A stretch of DNA of 63,514 nt, counting the filler, from Octopus bimaculoides (taxonomy: Eukaryota), in assembly GCF_001194135.2 (NCBI RefSeq). It is 6 parts of 5 records of this genome, joined end to end, with 100 filler letters (N's around TTAATTAATTAA, not from the genome) between each part and the next. Parts side by side here need not be neighbours in the genome. Positions count along the whole stretch, not along the records: positions 18,543 to 30,307 come from NC_068984.1; positions 30,408 to 40,778 come from NC_068997.1; 4 more parts are not named here. One strand, written 5' to 3'. Below, one piece after another: positions 24,222-37,222 of the stretch (within the stretch, counting starts at the first letter, position 1; every line of letters begins with the position of its first letter). Both the position numbers and the translations under genes were made by a program. The notes under the pieces are model-generated. The model worked only from the letters and a program-made list of their open reading frames with translations. It made no database searches and was not told where the DNA came from.

Positions 24222-24479
24222 TGAAATAGAAATATGTAAAGAGAATAACACAGTGGCCTGTGACATATATTTGAACAACAAAGACAAATAAGGATATAGT
24301 AAATACCATACAAGATAAATTTTTGATTTATAGAAATTATCTCCAGTTCTAGATAAGATAGAACAATTGCTTGGTAGCAATTGAGATCAACTCTAAGTGA
24401 GAAGTGGGATAACCTCAGGAATCAAAAATTCTCCAAAATTGATATGCCATTAAGAGAAAGACAGTCTGACTATCTGGAG

Positions 24480-25110
24480 ACAAGAGGACAGCTATGTACA
24501 TATGCTTCTGCTTCTGTAATTGCTTTTTTTCTAAAGCATTTGACAATTATTGAAAATTTTACTGTGATTCCAATATTTGGATATGACACCTCCCTGTGTT
24601 ACCTGGTCAATTATATGAGCGATTGGCTTGAGCCCTATTTTTTCCAGATACTTTCAGCATCTCAGCAACTATTTCTGATGGACCTGCTGTCTTCCCCATT
24701 TATGTCCACTTCAAAAGCTGTTCTCTCTTTCTCTTTCCTGCACACACATATTCCACATTCAGCAACCTTTCCTCCTGCTTTTCATTGGTAGTGAGGGTAA
24801 ATTGCTGTCATTTCAAACAAACTTCTCAGCAATGTCTGACAATGCTTTGCAATCCAGATCACCTCACACTTCTATCCTCTTGTCCCAGCAGACTTGCTAG
24901 CCTCCTGCTCTCTACTTCTGTTCAAGCTACACACACTTGTTGTCTAGATTCTCTCTTAACCAGCTATAGCATATAGTTCTTTCCTGTCCCTTTCCTTCCA
25001 GTCTTTCAGGGCCTGTCTTTTAGCTCTAATGGCTCTGTCTAGTGATACACCACTACTGCTACTGTTCTCCCTTACAGCTGACTAGTACCTGGCTCCAGCC
25101 ACTGAACTGA
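24480..25110 (-). mobile_element. Degenerate RTE LINE, pre-RT/RT region
   Basis: Minus-strand RAIRAKRQALKDWKE.. and GKTAGPSEIVAEMLKVSG..IIDQVTQGGVISKYW resemble RTE GKAAGPSGIVAEMLK..INQ....G.IP.DW. Confidence 0.7.
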
Positions 25111-25914
25111 TCTGTAACTTTCAGTGGATTATGTTAATAATGAAGAGATTGGTGGATTTGAAGAAAAGAGTTTACAAGCAATTTAAAAAAAAAGATCCTG
25201 ATTTTTGAGTTGACTGTGCCTTTGGATAGCAACATGAAGTGGGAACATAAGTAGGGCCTAAAATATGGAATGGCCTACAGAATCATGATGGTAGTTTATA
25301 GTACTGCCAGTAGAGGTGTGATGCAGCTAAATGCCCAATGCCTAGCTGGCACTGGACTTAAGAGCAAACCAGTGATTAGCAAACTGCAAAGAGAATCTGA
25401 GATGGTTTCTTTCATCTTGGCTAAGTCAGAGGCATGTGAGAGAAAGACCAAAGTTGAGAGCTAAGAACAAATGCTCAGCATGCAGTAAAACAAAATAGTT
25501 ACTGTGCAGTTAGAGTTGGTACAGCTGCACTAACTTTGGTCTGGTGGCAGCATGGTTGGAGTAGGTGCAGCTGCACTAAGTCTGGTGTGATGGCTGCATG
25601 GTTAACAGCATAATACAAAAGAACCTGGACATTTCTGGATGTCATCAAAGCTGCTTGGCACCACAAGAGGATACTGAAATTGTAAGGATCTCCAGTTGGC
25701 AGTTGATAAAGTGAGGGTTTCACAATGTATATTGTGAACGTACATCCATGCATGTATATGTTTGTATGTGTATATATAAAGTGACTATTCATTGTGTGTG
25801 TGTGTTATGAAAATATTCAGTGTGTGTTTATGTATATATATTTATTAACATTTGTGTGTGTGTAATAGAAATATTAATTATGCATATGTGCAATAAATAT
25901 TTTGTGATTAAAAT

Positions 25915-26385
25915 CTTCTACTATAGCCCTGGCCCAACCAAAGACTTATGAGTGAATTTAGTGGACAGGAATATATATGTGAATATATATGTGTGTGTGT
26001 GTCTTTTTGGCTATCTTTGATCACTTCCTTTTCAACTGCTTGACAACTTAGCTGTTCAGCAAAAGAGACTGATAGAATAAATACCAGACTTTAAAAAGTA
26101 AATATTGGGATCAATTTCTTCGGTTAAGCCCATCACTGTGCTGCCTTAGCATAACTGCTGTACAATGACTGAAACAAGTATAATAAAAAGGTTATACACA
26201 TACACTTAAATGTGTGTTTGTGTGTACAAATATGGCAGTGTGGTTAAGAAGTTTGCTTCCTAAACACAGTTCAAGATTGGATCTTATTACATGGTACCTT
26301 GAACAAGTGTCTTCTACTGTAGCCTTGGGTTGACCAATGTCTTGTGAGTGAAACTTGGTTTGACAGATAACTTTATAGGGGCCTG
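25915..26385 (+). mobile_element. Bipartite SINE (25915-26180) followed by a second head module (26232-26385)
   Basis: CTACTATAGCC..AAAGAC/GCCTTGTGAGTG; tail GATAGAATAAATACCAGAC..GACTGAAACAAGTA; CpGs largely lost. Confidence 0.7.
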
Positions 26386-26499
26386 TGGTAAATGTGAGTG
26401 TGTGTCGTTACACTGACAGTGCTTGAGCAGTGGTGATGTGCTTATGCCCTGCATTAACAAATACACTGGTAGTTGAGTTGTTTTATGTTGAGAAAAATT

Positions 26500-27195
26500 G
26501 GGTATAAGAGACATCATATGTAGTGTCCAAGAGAGAAGACTGTGTTGGCATGGTCATATAATGTGTATGGATGAGGAGAGCTGCATGAAGAAGTGCTGAT
26601 CTTTAATTGAGCAGGGATCCTGTGGAAGGGGTAGCCCCAGGAAGAGATGAGATGAAGTGGTGAGATATGATCTTTGGGAGGAGATGACAAATGATCGAGA
26701 CAGCTGGTGGTTTGCTGTGCTTGAAAAGACAGACATGTCAAGATAAGTGAAATTGTTGCCATCCACACATATATGCATATCCTTTTCAGTCATGCCCCAC
26801 CTCACACACATCTTCCTTCTTTGTCCTACTGGGGTAACCAAGTATCTCCTCTGCAGTAAGATGACTGTCTGTCCCCCTATCATACTCTAACCTCTCACTT
26901 GGCGCTCTGGCACCACCCACTTCCTTCAGTTCCACTCCCACTCTCAACTAAGAGGTCTTTGTTTTGCAAATTTACTGGTGCTGGTGCTATGTAACAAGCA
27001 CCTATGCCAGGGCCATGTAAAAAGCACCAGTATACTCTGTAAAGTTGTTGGCATTTGGAAGGGCATCAAGTCACAGAAACAAAGCCAAAACAGATGACTG
27101 GAGCCTGGTGCAGCTTTCCAGCTTGCCAGCACCAGTCGAACTGTCCAACCCATGCCAGCATGGAAAACAGACGTTAAATGATGATGATGATGATT
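26500..27195 (+). mobile_element. RTE LINE 3' end with 3' UTR and (GAT)n tail
   Basis: GIRDIICSVQERRLCWHGHIMCMDEESCMKKC..GSCGRGSPRKR*DEVVR..DRDSWWFAVLEKT. UTR ends CCAACCCATGCCAGCATGGAAAACAGACGTTAAATGATGATG. Confidence 0.85.
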
Positions 27196-29089
27196 TAAAG
27201 TTGTTAAGTAACAGTCCAGTGAAGGACTCAGTACCAACATAGACTGGAGTAACTTATTTAGGCCAATCTAGTAGACTGTTACTCTGGAGTTTCCATGGAG
27301 TGCAGTCGCTTCTTCATAACTTACATGTGTGTGTGTGTGTGCACGCGCATGCGTGTGTCTACAATTCTTTCAGATATGAATTGGCCTTTAAGAAGAGATG
27401 AAAAACGAATACATATAGAGTGTAGTGGGGGAGGTAGAGTCGCCACTGGACTGACAAAGCAAATGATGGTGATGGTGCTGTAGATAAAAGTGGCAATAGC
27501 AGAAGTAAATGTACTAGTTACTGCTAGTATACTTGCGACACCATCAGCAGTAACAACAAGCTAGCACAACACATACAACACCCACTGCAACAAAAAAACA
27601 ACAGCAACCCATGATCGCAGGGATGGAGAAGTGTAGAGGATGGCAGATGCTATGCCAACTATTTGTTTAGTGTGATGCATGTGTGCGTGTGCATTATTGC
27701 TTAGAACCAAATTAGTAGTAGTAGTAGTAGTTGTATCGGTGGTGATGATGTGTTAGTCTTTGTAAAAGTAGTGAAAGCAGTTTTGGAGTGGTGTTTCCAG
27801 TAGGGGTGATGGTGGTGCTCCTTTAGTGGGTGGGTGAGGGGGTTCTTTTTGTTTGTCATTTTTTAAAGTAGTAATTGTAGCAGCAGTATTTGAGCAGTGG
27901 TTTTTTTTTTGTGACGGTGGTGGTGGTGGTGGCGGTGGAGGTTGTAGTAGTAGCATTTGACGAAATTACTCTATAAAAGTACTACTATTGGCAACAGCTA
28001 CTTGGTATGATGATTTTACTGTAGTAGTAGTAGTAGTAGTAGTAATGGTGGTGGTACTGCTGCTAAATGTTCTTTTTTTTTTTTTATTAAAGATAAAAGT
28101 AGCTTGTAGTAGTAGTAGCAGCAGTAGTTTCAGCATCAGCATCACTGTTTATATTAGCAGTAGATACAGTACAGCAATTTATGTTGGGATGGTAAGTGAG
28201 TGGTTATAGTTATGTTGATTGTGATTTATACTTCTTGATTACATTGCCTGGCCAGCTATACACATGGGTGATGACGTCGACAGTGGTGGTGGTGGTGGTG
28301 GTGGTGGCAGCAGCTGTTGTTGTTGTTTTTAAGATTGCATTTGTATACCCCAATTCAGTCCTAAAGTAGACCTTGGATGAAATGCATTCCAGCCACAACC
28401 ATCAGGTCTTTTCATACATCCAGGATTAAATTTAAATTGTCCAGAGCATTGTTCTGAGTCCCCCCACCTCCCGCCACTTTAAATCAGTAAGGTGCAATTC
28501 AAAGCTGTTATTTCTAGTATATCAAAAGACCATGAGGAGGCTCCCTCATAGATGGTGGCAGCAGTGGTCGGTTGAAGAGGCTGACAGGTTTTTATATTGG
28601 TTGAGTGCTCTTATTTTCCTTCTTATAACTGACTAGAGACAGAGTTTACTAACTTGTATATGGCACTATACAGTGAGGTGAATAACCTTGTTAATTGTCA
28701 CCTCCTCCTTATCTTTGTCCCCTATTCTACTCCTTCTTCTTTTTCACCCTGTTTTCACCCTCTTCCTTTCATTCCTCTTTCTGTCCCTCTCACACTCTTT
28801 TTCATTCCCTTATTTACTACTCACATTTCTAATACACTCCCACTCCCTAATTTACCACCTCTAGTACTCCTCATTTCTTTAAATACTAAAAGACCTACAG
28901 ACTATTGAGAGGAAACATTTCAGCAAGAATGATTTTTTTTATCTGTGTAAAAAAGAACAAGAAAGAGTATGCATGTATATATATAATATATTTGTCATGT
29001 GTATGCAATATTTAGAATTAACACACACACATATATAAATGGATGTGTGTGGTGTGTGTGTTTGTGTGTGTTCTTTTATTCTTTTACTT

Positions 29090-29420
29090 GCTTCCGTCAT
29101 TTGACTGTAGCCATGCTGGAGCACTGCCTTGAATGGTTTTAGCCAAACAAATCAACCCCAGGACTTATTTTTTTAAGCCTGGTACTTATTCTGTCAGTCT
29201 CTTTTGCCAAACTGCTAAGTTACAAGGACGTAAACACACCAACACTGGTTGTCAAGCAGTGATGGGGAGGGGGGACAAACACAGACACAAAGACACACAC
29301 ATAGATATATACACATATATATATACATATATACAACAGTTTCCATCTACTAAATACACTTATAAGGCTTTGGTTGACCTGAGGCTATAGTAGAAGACAC
29401 TTGCCCAAGGTGTCATGCAT
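29090..29420 (-). mobile_element. Bipartite SINE, reverse orientation
   Basis: Tail (reverse complement) 29090-29290, CA/TA tract, head (reverse complement) 29340-29420. Confidence 0.8.
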
Positions 29421-30259
29421 ATGTATGAGCGTGTGTGTGTGTGTGTGTGCATGTATGTGTGTATGTATTAGACACAGGAATGCTTGTAGAGTTAGTTAAC
29501 TTCTCTTCACAACCATGTGATTCCAGGTTCAATTTTACTGCATAGCAACTTGAGCTATTAATTGAATTTGGTAGATAAAAAACTGTGCAGAAGCCCACTG
29601 TGTGTGTGTGTAGTTTCTTAATTTAGAAAATCTCTATATGAGATGAAAGCAGTAACTATACTGAGAAGTAACATTTATCACCACTTAACATGGCTGTTAT
29701 TTTCTTTTTATATATATGTACAGAACATATAGTACATTGTGATATAAGGGGTAGTTTCTGTTTGAATGACTACCAGTTAGGGTGAGAAATAGCAAGATAA
29801 AACCTGAAGCTAGATTTGACCTTCTTAGCAAGTCACCCCATCTCCCTCACTCTACTCACATTGTAAACTTTCTCATTGTATGCATCTATTGTATTGCCAG
29901 GGCAGAACTTGGCAAGTATTTTGATTCTATTAGAAATGGGACTATCTTGACAAAATGACTTTATTCAGTAAACAAGTATCTGGTTATGAGGTGAAATGAA
30001 ACTATCATTCAACTCTTCTTCTACTGTATTTATTTCACCTCCTGTCACATACTTGTGCACATCTATCATCATTTATGTGTTTGTATGATTTGTAATAGAG
30101 TAATCTCAACCGTACAATAAATAATCACACTCTACTTCTGTACTGAGTATTTTTCCTCTTTGTAGACTAAATATACCCATGCATACACACACATACACAT
30201 ATATATATTCTTTTACCCTTTCGTTTATTTCAGTCATTAGATCGCGGTCATACTGAGGA

Positions 30260-30307
<48 letters not shown>

Positions 30308-31131
30308 NNNNNNNNNNNNNNNNNNNNNNNNNNNNNNNNNNNNNNNNNNNNTTAATTAATTAANNNNNNNNNNNNNNNNNNNNNNNNNNNNNNNNNNNNN
30401 NNNNNNNTTCTTTCAGTTTCTATCTGGCAAATCCACTCGCAAGAGTAGTCCGTTTCTCTCCGACGACAAGACTGCTGGAGAAGAGAGCAGTAAGAGCAGT
30501 TAGCAGGCGTTTGTTTTCACTTGAGTATACTGGAGCAACGTGAAATGAAGTGACTTGCTCAAAGAAACAACCCGACGCCTACTTCCAGAATTGTTCCCAT
30601 GTCCTTGCGTTCGTGACACAAGTTCCTTACCTACAGGCCTACACAAACACACTTCCTATGCATACGCACATATATATATATATATATATTCAATATACAA
30701 AATATGCTCCACCTGTGTGTGTGTGTGTGTGTGTAACAGACAGAGGAAATAAAGATTTTCGTACACAAGAGTATTAACCATATTTACTAAAAAACATATC
30801 TAAAAAGGTGAAAGAAATATAGTGTTTCATTCAAAATCTATTTATTATCCGAGAACATTTTCACCAATACCGTATACCATATCCACCCACAGCAGAGTTA
30901 TAGACAAAGCAACGCATCCCAGATAACCAAAACATTCTTCAAAAATATTATAATGTTCATATCAATTATATATCATTTAAAACACACATGTCTGAATAAA
31001 TATCAAAGTGAGTGATATTCTCAAACCGCATTCACAACATTTCATTCTAAGGAGGCTGTATACAAATATATTTACATATGCGATGTATCCATCTTAACTC
31101 GAATGTTTAATATATATGATATATGTATGTA

Positions 31132-31166
<35 letters not shown>

Positions 31167-32479
31167 CAGGGAGAGAGAGAGAGAGAAAGAGGGGGTGAGA
31201 GAGAGTCGTACATTTTTACCTTTAAACATGAGCAATTATTCATAATCAGATTATGTATGTATGCCTATATTAATGCATGTATATACATGTGCGTGTTACA
31301 CATTCACACACANNNNNNNNNNNNNNNNNNNNNNNNNNNNNNNNNNNNNNNNNNNNNNNNNNNNNNNNNNNNNNNNNNNNNNNNNNNNNNNNNNNNNNNN
31401 NNNNNNNNNNNNNNNNNNNNNNNNNNNNNNNNNNNNNNNNNNNNNNNNNNNNNNNNNNNNNNNNNNNNNNNNNNNNNNNNNNNNNNNNNNNNNNNNNNNN
31501 NNNNNNNNNNNNNNNNNNNNNNNNNNNNNNNNNNNNNNNNNNNNNNNNNNNNNNNNNNNNNNNNNNNNNNNNNNNNNNNNNNNNNNNNNNNNNNNNNNNN
31601 NNNNNNNNNNNNNNNNNNNNNNNNNNNNNNNNNNNNNNNNNNNNNNNNNNNNNNNNNNNNNNNNNNNNNNNNNNNNNNNNNNNNNNNNNNNNNNNNNNNN
31701 NNNNNNNNNNNNNNNNNNNNNNNNNNNNNNNNNNNNNNNNNNNNNNNNNNNNNNNNNNNNNNNNNNNNNNNNNNNAAAATTTCAAAGATGCGAGTAGTGT
31801 CTACCAATAGCTATAGGTGAGAGTCCAGTTTGACATTTTGTATATTTTACATAAATAATATATATGATAGTAAGTTAAGATATAAGAGAAGGCATTAGTC
31901 TAATGCGTTTGGATAGGCATGCAGGATGTTGGCGGTGTGTGTGTTGTCAGATCGGTGTATGCCAGCTATTTTAGAGTTATGTCTTCACTAATAGCTATAA
32001 ATTCTCTTCTCTTTCTTACCCTCACCCTCTTTGTAACCCTCTCCCTCTCTCTATGTAAACATTTGTATGTGTGTCTATGTATACACATAGGTTTATGAAT
32101 GTATGTGTATATATATAGAAGAAAATGCAGACGAGAACATGTTAAAGATTGAAGCAAAAGGGCAAATAGATATGGAAATCCCCTCATCTGCTGTGGCGAC
32201 AGCCCTTCCAGCGCAGTTTCGGAGCGTTTGGCATCCAAACATTAAGTTGCATGGTAGTGCTTATGTGCTTGCGCCAGTGATATAGGAATATCAGAGAAAA
32301 TGGATAAGCAAGGCTTAATATGATGAACCACAGTACACACGTTAGACGGGGAGGCAGAAGGACGGAAACAAACAGGATGACATGAAACATGTTATTTAGT
32401 GGATAAATCTATTTTTATCTATCAGTACCTAAACTCATACCAAGTGAATTTATTTGACATAAGTTTTGGAGTGGCTATG

Positions 32480-32910
32480 GAAGTTGATTACATCGGTCCC
32501 AGTGACTGACTGCCATTTATTCTGTCGACCCCTGGAAGAGCATTCCGTCGGTTACGACGACGAGTGTCCCAGCTGATACGATCAACGGAACAGCTTGCTC
32601 GTGAAATCAACGTGCAAGTGACTGAGCACTCCACAGACANNNNNNNNNNCGTGAAATCAACGTGCAAGTGACTGAGCACTCCACAGACACGTGTACCCTT
32701 AACGTAGTTCTCAGGGAGATTCAGCGTGACACAGAGTTTGACAAGGCCGAGCCTTTGAAATAGAGGTACTACTCATTTTTGCCAGCTGAGTGGACTGGAG
32801 CAACGTCAAATAAAGTGTCTTGCTCAAGGACACAGCACGTTGCGGGGAATTGAACTCACGACCTTACAATCGCGAGCCGAATGCCCTAACCACTGAGCTA
32901 CGCGCCTTAT
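32480..32910 (-). mobile_element. tRNA(Arg)-derived SINE (family B, long form)
   Basis: Minus strand GGCGCGTAGCTCAGTGGTTAGGGCATTCGGCTCGCGATTGTAAGGTCGTGAGTTCAATTCC; body shared with 43076-43812. Confidence 0.85.
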
Positions 32911-33589
32911 AATCGACCCCTAATTAATCAGTGACAAAGTCGACGTCGGTTACATATTATTTAAACACGAAGCAAAGCAAAGAAGCAGAGTTAAGAAGAA
33001 AAGCTGGTTGACATATTCGTCTGCTTGCTGTGTATTCTCGCATAGCATCGAGTTGACCAATTCATTGTGAGAGGAAGTTTTGGTGGGAAACTGTGTGCAT
33101 GTGTGTTTGTGTTTGTTTCTATGGGTGTGTATGTGTGAGTGTGTGCACGCACGTGTAAAAAAAATTTGCGCGTGTTAAGGTGAATAAATTGACTGTTGAA
33201 AGATAGATATGCGCTAAATAGCATTTCAAGATCACACCTCTTTCACCTTCTCTCTCTCGCTTTCTCTTTAACTCTCTGCCATACACACACTTATTCAGTT
33301 GTCCGTGCTGCGTCCTCGCTCTGCTTCGAAATCGCAGAATTATTTTTTGTTTATAGAAGTTACCTCCCTTGACCTTAAAACTAACACCATATCGAAGACA
33401 AATTATTATAATACAGTTGCATTTTCCATATTTGTTTGCTAAACTGAACGAAGAATTGAATAAAATATTGTCAAGAAGTATAATAATATAACCGCACTAC
33501 TGCGAGTATTGAATAGATTTAACTCCATACGGGTATACAACGTAACTCGAAAAACGACGTAACACGAAAAAGTAATACAGTTCTATATT

Positions 33590-33766
33590 TAAGAGATGAG
33601 GAATTACGTGCATTCTTTACATCATTTACATTATTTACATTCGACGGATTTTGTCCTCATCTTGTTTGTTGTTAACACAACGTTTCGGCTGATATACCCT
33701 CCAGCCTTCTTCAGGTGTCTTGGGGAAATTTCGAACTTGGGTTCTCATTTCTAAGGTATTTTTCGA

Positions 33767-33829
<63 letters not shown>
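33590..33829 (-). mobile_element. Penelope-like terminal repeat with hammerhead-like motif and (TAA)n
   Basis: Minus strand CTGAAGA-A-GGCTG(gagggtatat)CAGCC-GAAAC-GTTGTGTTAACAAC at about 33667-33714; this motif type is typical of PLE pseudo-LTRs. Confidence 0.55.
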
Positions 33830-33831
<2 letters not shown>

Positions 33832-34068
33832 GGGGCACTGCTTGGAATCGAACTCGGAGTCATGGGAGTAGTAGCCTGCGCTCTTAACCACTACACGGGC
33901 ATATGGTGTACTGGTTAAGTAAGTGGTTGAGTAGTAAATGTAATTGCTTAACCAAGGATGGATATCAGGTTAATACAGCCGCATCTACCTCACCAAGATG
34001 TCCTCAATTTAATACACGCTATCGAACGTAGTAATGAAAAACATTTCTCAGGGAGAAGTACTTCTTTT

Positions 34069-34370
34069 GGAACAATGGATCTCGAAGCACATAAAGCTAT
34101 AGATAATGCCATGTAAATATGGTGTTCTCTCGAAAGCTTCCAAATTCTTATGGCGTCAACAACGCATCATTCTCGCTGGTAAAAACAAAGTTTCGAAAAT
34201 GTATAGGGATATTCGAAGGATTGCTTTGGTCCAATAGAAGAACGCCTGTCATGTCTACATGAGGGTGTGAGTTCACGTTTCATGAGCTTTCGACTTTTTT
34301 GCATCCCAAAGGATTTTTCAACCCAAATGCTATTTTTTATAGCTTTATGTATTTCGAGATCCATTGTTTC
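34069..34370. mobile_element. 302-bp segment bounded by 33-bp inverted repeats (MITE-like)
   Basis: GGAACAATGGATCTCGAAGCACATAAAGCTATA (34069-34101) versus the reverse complement of 34338-34370, 3 mismatches; no TSD found. Confidence 0.7.
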
Positions 34371-35289
34371 ACGTTCTCTCGAATGTTTATAAATTATGAC
34401 GTCAACTTCTAAGGGTATTTTGAAGTTAGTTAAACACCTTCAGTTAATACCTCCAGTGTGACCAAACAATAGATGTGCAAAAATATCGATAAATAGATAT
34501 GGGGTAGCCACGACTAGAGCGCTTTATCTGTTCAATCATAGTTAAATAACAGCAGCTACTATAGCCACTAACCAACGAAAGAAGAACGAGGTGATAACAT
34601 TAACCACGACAGCGACTAGAAGTGGAATTAGAATCCGTTACAAAGGCTCCCGATTTTCAATCTGCTGACGATTCTCAGAGATGTTTTGAAATACGTCTAA
34701 AAGAAGATTATATAAATATTTAAAAAACATTCTGGAAATGTTAAACGTTTGCCACATTCCAGTCTTCTGAAATATTTCTTTGAAATGTTCAACATTCCAC
34801 AGACTATAGCACGGAAGCAGGTTTTACATAAATATAAAGTTGGTCGTAAATATATAGCGATTCCTTATAAGACAGATGGATATTTATTGCTTGGAGATGA
34901 ATATATACCTGTATGTGTGTATATACATTTATGTATTTGAATATATATGTTTATGAATACATACTCACACACACGCACATGTATATATGCATCTATATGT
35001 GTGTGCATGTATCAAAATACACACATGTATACACAAATATATCCACCCGCTGTCTGCGTGTATGTGTTTGTATGTTTATATACTTAATGTGAGCACAGGA
35101 AAGAGCAAAGATGAGAAAAATACGTGGCTTATATATATCTTTTCAACACGTTCCATTTCGCTAAAATGTGAAAGAACATTCGTTGCTGGATCTTGTGTCG
35201 GAGAACAAATTTCTCCCTACAAATTTGTATGAAAGAAATACCGGATGCTCCAAACGACATCAGTGGATTGTCAGATATAGTGTTTTATA

Positions 35290-35500
35290 AGGTGGCAAGC
35301 CGGCAGAATCTTTAGCACGCCGGGCGAAATGCTTAGCAGTATTTCGTCTGCCGCTACGTTCTGAGTTCAAATTCCGTCGAGGTCGACTTTGCCTTTTATC
35401 CCTTTCGGGGTCGATAACTTAAGTACCAGTTACGCACTGGGGTCGATTTAATCGACTTGTCCCTTCCCCCAAAATTTCTGGCCTTGTGCCCATCGTAGAA
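35290..35500 (+). mobile_element. SINE family C
   Basis: TAAGGTGGCAAGCCGGCAGAATC..GTTCTGAGTTCAAATTCC..GGTCGACTTTGCC..AAGTACCAGTTACGCACTGGGGTCG. Confidence 0.9.
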
Positions 35501-35730
35501 AAGATATCTATCTATCTATCTGTCTGTGCTTGTGTGAGTTCTCTGTTTCTCGGTATCAGATGAAAAGAAACACAAACTCGGTCATTTGGAGCTAGAGAGG
35601 AATAGGTGTTACTATATAGTAAACAGGAAAAAAACAACAAAATATTTACTTCTATGTGCTGAGGCGCGTTAGTATAGGCACACGAACCTGGACCATATGG
35701 TTGGGAAGCAAACTTACTACAGAACACATA

Positions 35731-35944
35731 CGCGGGGTACTGCAAAGTTCCTGGTTTTGGGTAAAAGAAAATACAAGAGAAGCAATTAATTATGATTTTA
35801 TTCAACATATTCCCTGCTCATAATTACACACTTACTGTAGTGGTATTTTCGTTTTCCTAAGACCTGTAAAAGAACTCAGAAGGTTGGGCCTCTGACTAGG
35901 CCTTTCGCGAGAACCTTCAAGCCAGGAACTTTCAGCACCCCTCG
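35731..35944. mobile_element. 214-bp mariner-type MITE, TA TSD
   Basis: TA|CGCGGGGTACTGCAAAGTTCCTGG ... CCAGGAACTTTCAGCACCCCTCG|TA. Confidence 0.85.
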
Positions 35945-36936
35945 TATAAATACCTATATGCATACAATACCGGTGTATACATATATATACACCCTTATCT
36001 ATATTAACATATATATATATATACCAAATATACTTGAAAATATTGCCAAGGGTGGTGAAAGCTGAAATGCCTTTCAGCATGGCTGTTCCGACGTAGGAGC
36101 GACATAGGGGTAAATAACAAATAACCATCATCACATTTTTTCAAGGAATTCTTGTGATAATCCGTGATTGTGATTAACCGTTTTGTACTGGATTGGCATC
36201 GCCATGTGTGGTTTGCACAGAAATACTCTAGCACCAAATGTGGAAGATTAAGAGACCTATGTATGCTCTTTGATCTTATCTATACCGTGTTGGCAGTGCC
36301 AAAAAGATATGTTGTCATCAAATTCACTGGACCGAAACCACTCGAAGTTCTACAAAGAGAGCCGCTTTCATCTGCATGATTCAGAGAAACGACCACCACT
36401 AACGCAGTTGTTCCACCATGTGTGTACGTATGGGTGGTGGTGGTGATTGGTTAGACGAAGCCAGGAGGTAAAGGAGAGAAAAAAATGAAAAACCAAGTTG
36501 ACCGATGCCCACTTAGCTGCCAAGTTTAATTCTCTGTCGATCTGACAAAGAAGTAGTTAGTTTGTTGTCAGCAGTATGGCAAAACACGTCTTATATATAA
36601 GAAATCATCTTGTTGGTTCAGAATCTCACACAGCTGTGAAGTCCCATTTGTTATCCCATAAAGTACCCTGGTGCCTCTTATGCTCCCTCTTTTATGCAGA
36701 AATTCGCTTGTTAACTCAGAAACCCTATTGCTGTTCACAACCTTCCTCGTCGACATAGAAGCTCGATCATTAATTCAAAAGTTTCTGAGATATTCATTTG
36801 TTGAACCAAATACACCTTTGCTTGTCTAGAAGCTCACTCATTAGCTCAGAAATTCTATTGTTGGCTTAGGAATTCTCCGACTGACATAGAAGATCCTTTG
36901 TCGGAGTAGTGGGCTACCATTTGTGTTGTTTATTGG

Positions 36937-37222
36937 TTGGAGATGAATATATACCTGTATGTGTGTATATACATTTATGTATTTGAATATATATGTTTAT
37001 GAATACATACTCACACACACGCACATGTATATATGCATCTATATGTGTGTGCATGTATCAAAATACACACATGTATACACAAATATATCCACCCGCTGTC
37101 TGCGTGTATGTGTTTGTATGTTTATATACTTAATGTGAGCACAGGAAAGAGCAAAGATGAGAAAAATACGTGGCTTATATATATCTTTTCAACACGTTCC
37201 ATTTCGCTAAAATGTGAAAGAA
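36937..37222 (+). repeat. 286-bp apparently identical copy of 34891-35176, ending at a gap
   Basis: Offset 2046 bp; the copy runs into the N gap at 37223. Confidence 0.9.

Noticed and set aside
24381-24791. 136-aa plus-strand ORF
   Set aside because: Antisense to the decayed RTE fragment on the minus strand.
31116-31820. Long X-containing ORFs here and at 37033, 43836, 46298, 59716 and 61479
   Set aside because: Read-through of N gaps.
32103-32285. 60-aa ORF with protein-like composition (EENADENMLKIEAKG..)
   Set aside because: Begins in a (TA)n tract, has no acceptable splice sites and no recognised homology.
32600-32689. 40-bp direct repeat
   Set aside because: The copies flank a 10-N gap; unmerged contig overlap.
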